A program made the position numbers and the translations under genes. The notes beneath the pieces are model-generated. The model saw only the letters and a program-made list of their open reading frames with translations. It searched no databases and was not told the DNA's origin. A stretch of DNA of 64,000 bases from Defluviitaleaceae bacterium (GTDB lineage: Bacteria > Bacillota > Clostridia > Lachnospirales > WQUN01), in contig WQVF01000005.1 of NCBI GenBank assembly GCA_009781725.1, positions 4,845-68,844 of the forward strand, written 5' to 3'. How positions within the stretch are numbered: position 1 is the first letter of the stretch; the number at the start of each line of letters is the position of its first letter. Positions 20,053 to 28,489 of this stretch are shown here, in pieces.

Positions 20053-21330
20053 ATGTTTTTGAGCATAAAAAATCTGGGAAAGATATCATCTGCAGATATA
20101 GAAATTAATGGTATTACCGTTATTGCCGGTGAAAATAACACTGGAAAAAGTACTGTAGGAAAGACCCTGTACTTTATCTTTAATAGCTTCAGCAAGGTAA
20201 GTGATAAAATCGACTCAGAAAGATTATCCTCTATTAGCAGAGCAATAGAGTTATCATATGTCAATATGGATAATAGGCTTAGGGTTCGCAGATTTGAATT
20301 AAATGACTTGGCAGAGCTTATAATGGAAAAGTTGAGCTCGCATGAGAGCAGCGACACAAATACACAAAAAGAGTTGCTGCATTCTGTCCTGTTGAGCTCC
20401 CCTTTAATTCAGAATAGAGAGGAGAACATCGACTTTGATGACATAATTGACTACATTATAGAGGTTGCGAATATTTCTGATAATGAGGCACTAGTGAACA
20501 TATTAGTAAACAAAATGCAGGTTGATTTCGGTATGCAACTTAATAATGTATATTACCCAAACATACCATCAGAAATTACGCTAAGAATAAAAGATACAAC
20601 AGTACAAATATCAGTTATAGATGATGTCAGCATTAACGTAACTAACGGATTAAGCCTAAACACAGAGGCGATATTTATTGATGACCCATATGCCTTTGAT
20701 AATCTCCATTATATTACACCAATTCGAACGACACATCACCATATTCGCTATTTATCTCATCGCGAGCACCTCAAATCATGCTTAACACGTACTGAGACAT
20801 TATCATCTATAGATGAAATAGTTACTACAAAAAAACTTGGCAAAGCTCTTGATAAAATCAACTCAATATGTGCAGGTGATATTGTAAGAAAGGGTCCTCG
20901 TTCCTATGTATATAAAGAAAGCAACTCAGAAGTTGCACTCAACGTAATAAACATATCACCTGGGTTAAAGACATTTGCAATAATTAAGACATTACTTCAA
21001 AATGGTTGCATTGAGACTAATGGGACAATTATCCTAGATGAACCAGAAATACACTTACACCCAGAGTGGCAATTAGTATTTGTAGAGTTAATTGTCTTGT
21101 TGCAAAAAGAGTTTAACCTGCATGTTCTTCTTACCACCCATAGCCCATATTTTCTATTCGCAATAGAGGTATACTCTCGCAAATACGGAATCACCAATAA
21201 ATGCAAATACTATCTGGCTGAAAACACTGACGCCAAAGCCACAATTAGTGATGTATCAGATAACATTGACTTAATATATGCAAAGCTAGCAAGACCATTG
21301 CAAGACCTGGAGAATGAGAGGTACAAATGA
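20053..21330 (+). CDS. ABC-type AAA ATPase (AAA_15/AAA_21-like; no fused effector domain)
   Basis: Walker A GENNTGKST, Walker B/D-loop IILDEPEIHLHP, and TTHSPYF. The start at 20053 has GGAGG 7 nt upstream. The gene lies in an AT-rich islet. Confidence 0.8.
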   Translation: MFLSIKNLGKISSADIEINGITVIAGENNTGKSTVGKTLYFIFNSFSKVSDKIDSERLSSISRAIELSYVNMDNRLRVRRFELNDLAELIMEKLSSHESSDTNTQKELLHSVLLSSPLIQNREENIDFDDIIDYIIEVANISDNEALVNILVNKMQVDFGMQLNNVYYPNIPSEITLRIKDTTVQISVIDDVSINVTNGLSLNTEAIFIDDPYAFDNLHYITPIRTTHHHIRYLSHREHLKSCLTRTETLSSIDEIVTTKKLGKALDKINSICAGDIVRKGPRSYVYKESNSEVALNVINISPGLKTFAIIKTLLQNGCIETNGTIILDEPEIHLHPEWQLVFVELIVLLQKEFNLHVLLTTHSPYFLFAIEVYSRKYGITNKCKYYLAENTDAKATISDVSDNIDLIYAKLARPLQDLENERYK

Positions 21331-21515
21331 TTAGCTATGGTGACATTTCGTCGAATGCAATTACATCACTGAAAGAAACATCAAAAGATAATAGCGGCGA
21401 GAAAAATGAGTACATGACTATGTCCCTATTATTTGCGATTAATTTTGATATTGTCAAAGATGAATATATACATCTATTGTCTTTGTCAAAACAACAAGTA
21501 CCCCACTCATCATGA
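21327..21515 (+). CDS. Small hypothetical ORF coupled to the ATPase (possibly the 5' part of a frameshifted partner gene)
   Basis: ATGA overlap with the ATPase stop, and GAGAGG 5 nt upstream. A second ORF at 21433-21690 overlaps it in another frame. No recognisable domain. Confidence 0.35.
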   Translation: MISYGDISSNAITSLKETSKDNSGEKNEYMTMSLLFAINFDIVKDEYIHLLSLSKQQVPHSS

Positions 21516-21707
21516 TGTTCAAGTATCTCAATCAAGAGAAAAAATAGGGAGAATTACATCGAAGAAAGGGATGAAGAATCATATTCGTTTCGATTTAGAA
21601 AAGTACAAGAATATCTATTTTAAGAATGTTTATACAGTCACGAAAGACGAGTTTCAAAACGATTTTGTCCAAAAATGGGAAGCTTTATAACAATGATTAT
21701 TCTAAAG

Positions 21708-21745
21708 TGCCTGTTCCTACGATATGTGTGGAACAGGCATTTTAC
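21708..21745. terminator. Bidirectional terminator between the ATPase islet and the LacI gene
   Basis: TGCCTGTTCC (21708-21717) pairs with GGAACAGGCA (21730-21739). It is flanked by AAA on the left and TTTTA on the right. Confidence 0.65.
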
Positions 21746-22753
21746 TTAACCGGGCAACCCTCGGTACAAAACTTTGGACGTAACATAACACACTTCTGAG
21801 GTTGTATTGGGATGATTGACCGCAAACATAATCTTATTTGCAAGTCTTTCCCCCATTGATTTTGTGAGTACATCCACCGTTGTAATCCTGTTGGCAACAT
21901 TTACATATTCAGCATTATTATCAAAGCCTGTGAGGGCCACATCTTTGATTCCATACTCGGTAAAATATCGCTGGATAAAATGAGCGATATAGTCACTGGC
22001 GCATACAAAACCATCGGGCATTCTTCCTGACTTTATTAACGATGATAAAAATACACTGATTTGCTCATAATGTTTATTGAGCTGAAGATGCCCCGTCAAG
22101 GTTAAGCTTTCATCGTAAACAAGGCCTCGCTGGATATGAGCATCCTGAAAACCATGGAATCGATCCATATTGGTTTGAGCATAGTTCACATCGCCAACGA
22201 ATCCTAAGCATTTTTTTCCGTTATCCAAGAGAGCCCCGGCAATCTGCCTGATTGCGGCCCGTCCCTCTATAAGCACAAGGTCCCCATTAAGGGAGTTGTA
22301 AGGCATCGAAGGGATGGAATCTAAAAACACCTTAGGCACCGGCAACTCTGAAAGCATTTTAAGATGTGGCTGACAATATATGTTAAGTACTATAATCCCG
22401 GAAACAGAGCCGTCGTTTAATACCGCAGGCAAAGCATCTCCTCCCTCATAGGAAGGAGGCAGATGGGTATACAACATGTTAACACCTTGGGTCGATAGCT
22501 CTTCTGCAATCTGATGGATAATCTGCATCCAAAATATCGAAGATTCCGGCCTGGAAACAACCGTGGCAATGGTACGTGCTGGGGGCTTTATCTCCAGGTC
22601 TGCCTCTTTCACATATCCTATCTCTTGAGCCTTGCTTAGAATTTTCCCTCTCAACTCTTCGGAAATACCTGGTCGGTCGGTCAGAGCCTTCCAGACGCTG
22701 ACCCTGGATACAGACAAGGAGGATGCAATATCTTGCATGATGGGTTTGCTCAT
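21746..22753 (-). CDS. LacI-family transcriptional regulator
   Basis: N-terminal HTH IMQDIASSLSVSRVSVWKALTDRPGIS and a periplasmic-binding-protein-like C-terminal domain. 335 aa. Confidence 0.9.
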   Translation of the reverse strand: MSKPIMQDIASSLSVSRVSVWKALTDRPGISEELRGKILSKAQEIGYVKEADLEIKPPARTIATVVSRPESSIFWMQIIHQIAEELSTQGVNMLYTHLPPSYEGGDALPAVLNDGSVSGIIVLNIYCQPHLKMLSELPVPKVFLDSIPSMPYNSLNGDLVLIEGRAAIRQIAGALLDNGKKCLGFVGDVNYAQTNMDRFHGFQDAHIQRGLVYDESLTLTGHLQLNKHYEQISVFLSSLIKSGRMPDGFVCASDYIAHFIQRYFTEYGIKDVALTGFDNNAEYVNVANRITTVDVLTKSMGERLANKIMFAVNHPNTTSEVCYVTSKVLYRGLPG

Positions 22754-22914
22754 ACCAATCTCCTTAACATTGCATTAACAAAATACAAATATTTTATTTA
22801 CATTTGCGGCTCAATGTTAACATGCGAAAATTGTTTTGTATATAGCCATACCAATCTATTTTTATGAAATATGTTCGAATCCATCGAAACAATGCCCTAT
22901 TGCACAAAATAATC

Positions 22915-22943
22915 TTGACAATGGCAAGTCTGTTGTCTAATAT
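22915..22943 (+). promoter_or_regulatory. Sigma-70-type promoter candidate for the ABC transporter operon
   Basis: TTGACA (22915-22920), 17 nt, TAATAT (22938-22943). A second candidate is TTGACA (22948-22953), 17 nt, TAATGT. Confidence 0.45.
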
Positions 22944-22989
22944 TCATATTGACAGTAATATTTTTATGGGTTAATGTTATAGTAACAAG

Positions 22990-23008
22990 AGTTAATTCGA
23001 AGTTAACT
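22990..23008. promoter_or_regulatory. Candidate LacI-family operator
   Basis: AGTTAA-ttcgaag-TTAACT inverted repeat 29 nt upstream of the permease ATG. Related TTAAC-containing palindromes occur at 22814-22823 (ATGTTAACAT) and 22764-22780. Confidence 0.35.
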
Positions 23009-23036
23009 GCATTCACATAATGGAGGAGGGCAATTC

Positions 23037-23954
23037 ATGAAGATTTTCAGTAGCAAAAACCGAAGAAAGCTTGCCCTCTTACTCATGATGTTGCCTGGTG
23101 CCGCTTGGCTTTTGTTGCTGCGCTATGTGCCAATGGCCGGGATTGTTATGGCCTTTCAGGAATATCGCCCCCACCCTCCCAATCCTACTATTTTCAATAA
23201 TATTCGTCATAGTCGCTTTATCGGGCTGGATAATTTTCGCTTTATCTTCTTTGGAGATAGGGCATGGAATATGATTCGTAATACCCTCGTCTATAATGCA
23301 GTATTTATCGTGCTTACAACGGTTTTTGCCATCGCTTTAGCTATTTGCGTCAGTGAGCTTGGCAAGAAATTTATTTCCAAGCTATACCAAACTCTTATGT
23401 TCTTCCCATTCTTCATTAGTTGGGTTGTGGCAAGTTATTTTGTATTTGCTTTCTTAGACCCTACCTTCGGGGTGCTTTCCGATGTACGCATGTGGTACTT
23501 GGACCCTACAGGCTGGCCGGTAATCCTTACCGCTTCCCATCTTTGGAAAAATCTTGGCTTTACCTGCATCATCTATGTAGCGGCCATTGCCGGGATTGAC
23601 CAAGGTATGTACGAGGCCGCAGCAATAGATGGGGCACCCAAGTGGCGACAGGTCTGGTCTATTACTATCCCTAGCATCAAGCCTATGATTATTATTATGT
23701 TTATTATGGCAGTAGGGCGGATTTTCAACGCGGACTTCGGGCTGTTCTGGCAGATTCCTATGAACATGGGCCCACTGCAGCGAGTCACAGAAGTTTTTGA
23801 TACCTATGTATTTAGGATTATGCAATTACCGGTTCCCGGAGCTGTTGGTATAGCTACCGCGGCAGGGTTGTTCCAGGGAGTTATCGGGTTTATCTGCATA
23901 ATGATTGCCAACACCATCGTGCGCAAAGTCGATAATGAGAATGCGATGTTCTAG
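23037..23954 (+). CDS. Sugar ABC transporter permease (LplB-like)
   Basis: 305 aa, 6 predicted TM segments and an EAA-loop region (YEAAAIDGAPKWRQ). GGAGGAGGG RBS. Confidence 0.88.
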   Translation: MKIFSSKNRRKLALLLMMLPGAAWLLLLRYVPMAGIVMAFQEYRPHPPNPTIFNNIRHSRFIGLDNFRFIFFGDRAWNMIRNTLVYNAVFIVLTTVFAIALAICVSELGKKFISKLYQTLMFFPFFISWVVASYFVFAFLDPTFGVLSDVRMWYLDPTGWPVILTASHLWKNLGFTCIIYVAAIAGIDQGMYEAAAIDGAPKWRQVWSITIPSIKPMIIIMFIMAVGRIFNADFGLFWQIPMNMGPLQRVTEVFDTYVFRIMQLPVPGAVGIATAAGLFQGVIGFICIMIANTIVRKVDNENAMF

Positions 23955-23970
23955 TTAAAGGGGTGAAGAC

Positions 23971-24894
23971 ATGGTCAAATCAATGAGAATCCGTAGCAAA
24001 CTCCGCATCAACAGAGTCAGTCGTTTTGCTGAAGTCTGCATTCATTTGATAGTAGGCGGCTTTGCTCTTGCTTGCATCATTCCTTTCATCTTTATCACTA
24101 TTATAGCCTTTACCAGTGCAGACAGCCTTCGCCTCGTCGGGTATTCATTCTTCCCTGTGGAATGGTCCCTTACATCTTTTCAGGCTGCATTTGACTTAGG
24201 AGACACCTTATGGCGCAGCTTTCTTAACAGCATCATTGTAACTGGGGTTGGCACATTTATATCAGTGCTTATCACCATTTTATATGCCTATGGCCTTTTT
24301 CGACGGGATTTGCCTTTTAAGAAGTTCTTCGCGTTCTTTATATTTTTCACCATGCTCTTTGGCGGCGGACTGGTACCTACCGTGGTTACAATCCGCAATC
24401 TGCTAAACCTTGGCGATACCTATGCCGCCATGATTGTGCCTATGCTCCTTGCGCCCTTCCATGTCATTATAATGCGCACATTTTTTAAGACTTCCATCCC
24501 TGAATCCCTAATCGAATGTGCTTCTTTGGATGGCAGCAGCGAGTTCCGCACTTTGTTTACCATTGTTATACCCCTTGCCAAGCCGGGCATTGCCACAGTG
24601 GCACTCCTTACTGCCATAGGGTACTGGAATGACTGGTTTAACGCAATGCTCTTTGTTCGGGAACGCACTCTATTCCCTTTACAATACCTATTGATGGAAA
24701 TGCAGCTAAACATAGAATTCCTGCGGCGCAACATTGCAACGATTGGTGCCGCCAATATTAATTTAGCAAATCTTCCAAGCGAAGGACTGCGCATGGCTCT
24801 TGCAGTAATTATTGTGGTTCCCATTGCTTTGGCATACCCGTTCTTCCAGCGGTTTATCATTTCCGGATTAACCATTGGCGCAATCAAAGAATAG
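23971..24894 (+). CDS. Carbohydrate ABC transporter permease (LplC-like)
   Basis: 307 aa. EAA-loop ECASLDGSSEFRTLFTIVIPLAKP. Confidence 0.88.
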   Translation: MVKSMRIRSKLRINRVSRFAEVCIHLIVGGFALACIIPFIFITIIAFTSADSLRLVGYSFFPVEWSLTSFQAAFDLGDTLWRSFLNSIIVTGVGTFISVLITILYAYGLFRRDLPFKKFFAFFIFFTMLFGGGLVPTVVTIRNLLNLGDTYAAMIVPMLLAPFHVIIMRTFFKTSIPESLIECASLDGSSEFRTLFTIVIPLAKPGIATVALLTAIGYWNDWFNAMLFVRERTLFPLQYLLMEMQLNIEFLRRNIATIGAANINLANLPSEGLRMALAVIIVVPIALAYPFFQRFIISGLTIGAIKE

Positions 24895-24943
24895 GAATGC
24901 CCAAGCGTTTTATAAATCTTTATTCAAAGAAAGGAAGAGAGAA

Positions 24944-26602
24944 ATGAAAAAGTTCTTACTTACAGTAGTATGTCTGGCACTTGCACTTGCAATGTTTGCC
25001 GCATGTAGCAGAAACGGCGAAGAAGAAACCGCCCCGGATCCAACCCCGGAGCCCGAGCATCAAGAAACTGTAGATCCGCCACCAGATGAGCCCGATGATG
25101 AAGATGACGGCCCGCAGTTTGACGAGCCTCCTACCACCGTTTCCATCTGGTTTATGGGCGGTGGCGTAGACAATGACGACACCTTGGTAGTAGAAGCAGC
25201 CAACGCCCGCCTTGCGGAGCTTGGGCTAAATATCAACATCCGGCCAATATGGACCGGTGGCTGGGCCATGGGTGAGCCTGCTCAGATGGCTCTGGACACT
25301 ATGGACACCTCCGTAGATATTGTTTGGACCGGGTCATGGGGCCTTAACTATTTTAACAATGCCCGTATTGGTAACTATGTCCGCCTAGATGACCCCAATA
25401 ACAATTTATTAGAACGCTATGGCCAAGATATGATGGCTGCAGTACCGACCGCACTGTGGGATGCATTTGTAACAGACGGACCTCTGGGTTTTGGCGTCTA
25501 TGGCGTACCCGGATACAAGGATTATGCAGCATGGTTCAAGATGGACGTAAACAACACCCGTCTTGCAGAACTGGGTTTTGAGTTTGACGAAATCTTTGAT
25601 ATGGACGGCTCCAACCATGAAATTATCTTTGAAGATGTGTTTGTAGACATCCTACAAGCCTCCAAAGATATGTGGGGCGACAGCTTCTTCCCGCTTAACC
25701 TGGAAGCCGGTAACTTTGTACAGCATTTTGCCAGCACAGACGGCGACCTTACAGGGATTCATGCATTTATGTTCTCCTTTGACCCATTAAACCCCGCCAA
25801 CCCTGTGTATCCCCTGGTTGAATTGCAAGTGGAAAATGAGCTTTTCCTGCGTGTGCTGGATAGAGTTCGTTATTTCTGGGAGCGAGGCTTTATTGACCCA
25901 CGTCTGGCAATCGCCGGTGAAGCCGGTGACATTATCAGTCAAATGCACAGAGAAGGCCAATATCTCTTCTCCACTGGCCAATATGCATATGGCCACACCG
26001 CCTCAATGCAGGCAGAACGCGAAATTGATGTGCGCTATGTACCTCTAAGCGCAAGACCCATTATCTCAACAATGTCTGCCGCAGGTTCCGGCTTTGCTGT
26101 ATCTATTTATTCTCAAAACCCAGCCGCTGCAGTGCAATTCTTAAACGCTTGGTACACCGATAATGAGCTTGCCGTAATCCTTAACGAAGGTATCGAGGGC
26201 ATTCACTGGCAATGGTATACCGACGATGACGGCAACCAGCTGGTACAACTTATTCCAGAGGGCCGCGAAACCTATGCCACCTGGCGTTTTGGTATGGGTA
26301 ATATCTTTGCCCTTACCCCAAGAAACACAGATGGTTACGGCTACTTTGCAAGATTTAACGCATACAATGCCCTAGGCGTAGGCACACCGATTCTAGGCTT
26401 CAATTTTGACAACACCGCAGTAGCAATGGAACATGCGGCCCTAATTGCCGTAGTAGATGAATTCCGGGATGTACTGACCATAGGTGCAGTAGACCCCGCT
26501 GTAGCGGTGCCTCAATATCTGGCCGCATTAATGGCCAATGGTGCCGAAGCAGTACTTGAGGAAATCAACAGGCAGCTTGAGGAGTTCCTGGCTGCGAGAT
26601 AA
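24944..26602 (+). CDS. Extracellular solute-binding lipoprotein (LplA-like large SBP)
   Basis: I placed the start at MKKFLL (24944, RBS AAGGAAG). Lipobox LAMFAAC, followed by a Pro/Glu/Asp-rich linker. Mature part about 530 aa. Confidence 0.85.
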   Translation: MKKFLLTVVCLALALAMFAACSRNGEEETAPDPTPEPEHQETVDPPPDEPDDEDDGPQFDEPPTTVSIWFMGGGVDNDDTLVVEAANARLAELGLNINIRPIWTGGWAMGEPAQMALDTMDTSVDIVWTGSWGLNYFNNARIGNYVRLDDPNNNLLERYGQDMMAAVPTALWDAFVTDGPLGFGVYGVPGYKDYAAWFKMDVNNTRLAELGFEFDEIFDMDGSNHEIIFEDVFVDILQASKDMWGDSFFPLNLEAGNFVQHFASTDGDLTGIHAFMFSFDPLNPANPVYPLVELQVENELFLRVLDRVRYFWERGFIDPRLAIAGEAGDIISQMHREGQYLFSTGQYAYGHTASMQAEREIDVRYVPLSARPIISTMSAAGSGFAVSIYSQNPAAAVQFLNAWYTDNELAVILNEGIEGIHWQWYTDDDGNQLVQLIPEGRETYATWRFGMGNIFALTPRNTDGYGYFARFNAYNALGVGTPILGFNFDNTAVAMEHAALIAVVDEFRDVLTIGAVDPAVAVPQYLAALMANGAEAVLEEINRQLEEFLAAR

Positions 26603-26608
26603 ATATTA

Positions 26609-26683
26609 ATATAGCGAAAAAAGCGAAAGACGCGAAAGAGATTGCAAGTTATCTTTTTCGCGTCTTTTGTGTCTTTCGCTATA
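26609..26683 (+). terminator. Long compound hairpin downstream of the SBP gene
   Basis: ATATAGCGAAA...GAAAGACGCGAAA pairs with TTTCGCGTCTTTT...TTTCGCTATAT. The descending arm is T-rich. Confidence 0.5.
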
Positions 26684-26761
26684 TCGTTAAAATCGTCGAG
26701 ACGATATAATCCATGCATGATAACATGTACATAATTCGCGAAGAAAAGGGAGTCTGGAACC

Positions 26762-27166
26762 GTGAACCATACCTTGGTTATATGGGCCGCTATCGTATTC
26801 ATAGAAAACCGTATTCATACAAAAATCCAGTATTCAGCCTTGGCAGAGGATGTTGGGTTTTCTTTGTCACACCTACGAACAGTTTTCATGAGTCACACCG
26901 GGAAATCCTTAGCTCAATACATTACAGAACGTAAGATATCCCGAGCAGCATTTGATGCCATCCATAGTAACGATAATTTTTCCACCATAGCCGAAAGATA
27001 CGGCTTTACAAATCCAGACACCTTCACCCGGGCATTCAGGCGGGTTACATGCCTTAACCCAAAGGATTTCCGCAAAATCAAGCCACCCCTTAAGCGTGTG
27101 ATACTATGCGCTGGGGTATTTGGTTTCACAGTACAAAAATACATCACAAAGGATGATTATAAATGA
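26762..27166 (+). CDS. AraC-family DNA-binding protein consisting of the dual-HTH domain only
   Basis: 134 aa. LAEDVGFSLSHLRTVFMSHTGKSLAQYITERKI...IAERYGFTNPDTFTRAFRR. Apparent GTG start after AAGGGAG. No sensor domain. Confidence 0.75.
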   Translation: MNHTLVIWAAIVFIENRIHTKIQYSALAEDVGFSLSHLRTVFMSHTGKSLAQYITERKISRAAFDAIHSNDNFSTIAERYGFTNPDTFTRAFRRVTCLNPKDFRKIKPPLKRVILCAGVFGFTVQKYITKDDYK

Positions 27167-28200
27167 GCGCAGTTTTATACGGTGTCCCAAAGGTCCATTA
27201 CGGTGCCTTCGGCGGCTGTACACCCCTACCCATAAGCATGAAATCAGCAGCCAATTTTTTAGGTGTGGAGCTGAGCTATGAAGAGGCAATAGTCTATTGT
27301 GGTGCCGCATTCCGCATAACTTGGAACGAAACCTGCTGGGATGGCGGCAATGTGGACGCTATATTTGCATTTGACGCCCCATGGAAAGTATTTCGCTTAG
27401 GCCTGGAGTCATTAGGCTACGAATCCAACCTTCTGGTGAGAACTGCAAACACGCATAAATCCGAGTTTATTGATTTCATCAAAGAAAAGATTAATAAGGG
27501 CATTCCCATAATAGCATGTGGAATCATCGGTCCCCCTGAAGCCGGGGTAATCACTGGCTATCGTAACAATGGCGAGACATTACTGGGCTGGAATGTTTTC
27601 CAGGAATACCAGGATGTCGCTGGTGTCGTAAACTTGGATGACTCCGGTTACTATATTACAGATAAATGGTGGGAAAACCCTGATACCAAGGCGGTTATGT
27701 CCTATGGCGAAACAACAGGCCAACGCTTCACCCTCAAGACAATTATCGAAAACGCCATAGAAGTAATGACCCCCCGTAAACATGGGGATTATGCCAAAGC
27801 CGGATATGCCTATGATACATGGAAAAAGGCATTACTGGACGAAAGAGAATTCTCTGAAAATATGATTTCACCATTGTTGGTAGAGAGGTTGATGTGCCAA
27901 GGAGATGCTATGGATTGCATTTCGGATGGACGTAGCAGTGCCAGTAAATTTTTCAAGAGGCTGGCTGATAATGATTCCATGCAACCGCTTTTGTACCAAA
28001 TTTCAGACCAATTTGCTCTGGCAGCATCAAGCATATATAAGATGTATGAGATCCTAGGCGGATATGAACGAGGTGAAGCCCAGATGAAGGCCATGGTAAA
28101 ACCGGAAGTGCGTCTGAAGCTTGCCAATCTAATCGACGAATGCAAGGTAGCCGATACAAAGGCATTGGAATTGCTAACAGACTTGGCAGGTATCCTTTAA
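27163..28200 (+). CDS. Hypothetical protein (tentatively BtrH-N/DUF4872-like papain-fold protein)
   Basis: 345 aa, uninterrupted, with an ATGA overlap onto the AraC gene. The N-terminal GGCTPLPISM could carry a nucleophile Cys. The family assignment is from memory only. Confidence 0.5.
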   Translation: MSAVLYGVPKVHYGAFGGCTPLPISMKSAANFLGVELSYEEAIVYCGAAFRITWNETCWDGGNVDAIFAFDAPWKVFRLGLESLGYESNLLVRTANTHKSEFIDFIKEKINKGIPIIACGIIGPPEAGVITGYRNNGETLLGWNVFQEYQDVAGVVNLDDSGYYITDKWWENPDTKAVMSYGETTGQRFTLKTIIENAIEVMTPRKHGDYAKAGYAYDTWKKALLDEREFSENMISPLLVERLMCQGDAMDCISDGRSSASKFFKRLADNDSMQPLLYQISDQFALAASSIYKMYEILGGYERGEAQMKAMVKPEVRLKLANLIDECKVADTKALELLTDLAGIL

Positions 28201-28210
28201 ACAAAAAAAT

Positions 28211-28322
28211 GGGGCTGTCACGTTAAAAATGCCATAACCTCGAGGCCTGTCATCCCGAATTTAATCCGGGATTCCATAACCATTGGACTAAAGGGATCCC
28301 GGGTCAAGCCCGGGATGACGGG
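28211..28322. repeat. Intergenic palindromic repeat family 1, copy with one outer arm
   Basis: GGGGCTGTCACGTTAAAAATGCCATAAC... then GTCATCCCGAATTTAATCCGGGATTCC, a centre containing GGACTAA, then GGGATCCCGGGTCAAGCCCGGGATGACGGG. Confidence 0.8.
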
Positions 28323-28327
28323 TTTTT

Positions 28328-28430
28328 ATAGCGAATTAAATGAGAAACAGTCTTGACCGAGCCAAAAATCGCGAACGCTTCAACGCGTTTTCGGCGACAG
28401 GCAGGACTGATTTCGAATTAATTTGCTATA
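28328..28430. repeat. Intergenic palindromic repeat family 2 (~105 bp)
   Basis: ATAGCGAATTAAATGAGAAACAGTC...CCAAAAATCGCGAACGCTTCAACGCGTTTTCGG...GACTGATTTCGAATTAATTTGCTAT. A near-identical copy is at 62861-62966. Confidence 0.85.
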
Positions 28431-28489
28431 TTACGATTTTATTACGACTTAACCAGCCCCACTGTTATGCTCCGAGTGAGTCATCCAAT

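Noticed and set aside
22866-22890. A tRNA-like T-loop string, GTTCGAATCC.
   Set aside because: No complementary acceptor or T-stem sequence surrounds it and no anticodon or D arms can be drawn. It is a chance match in AT-rich promoter DNA.
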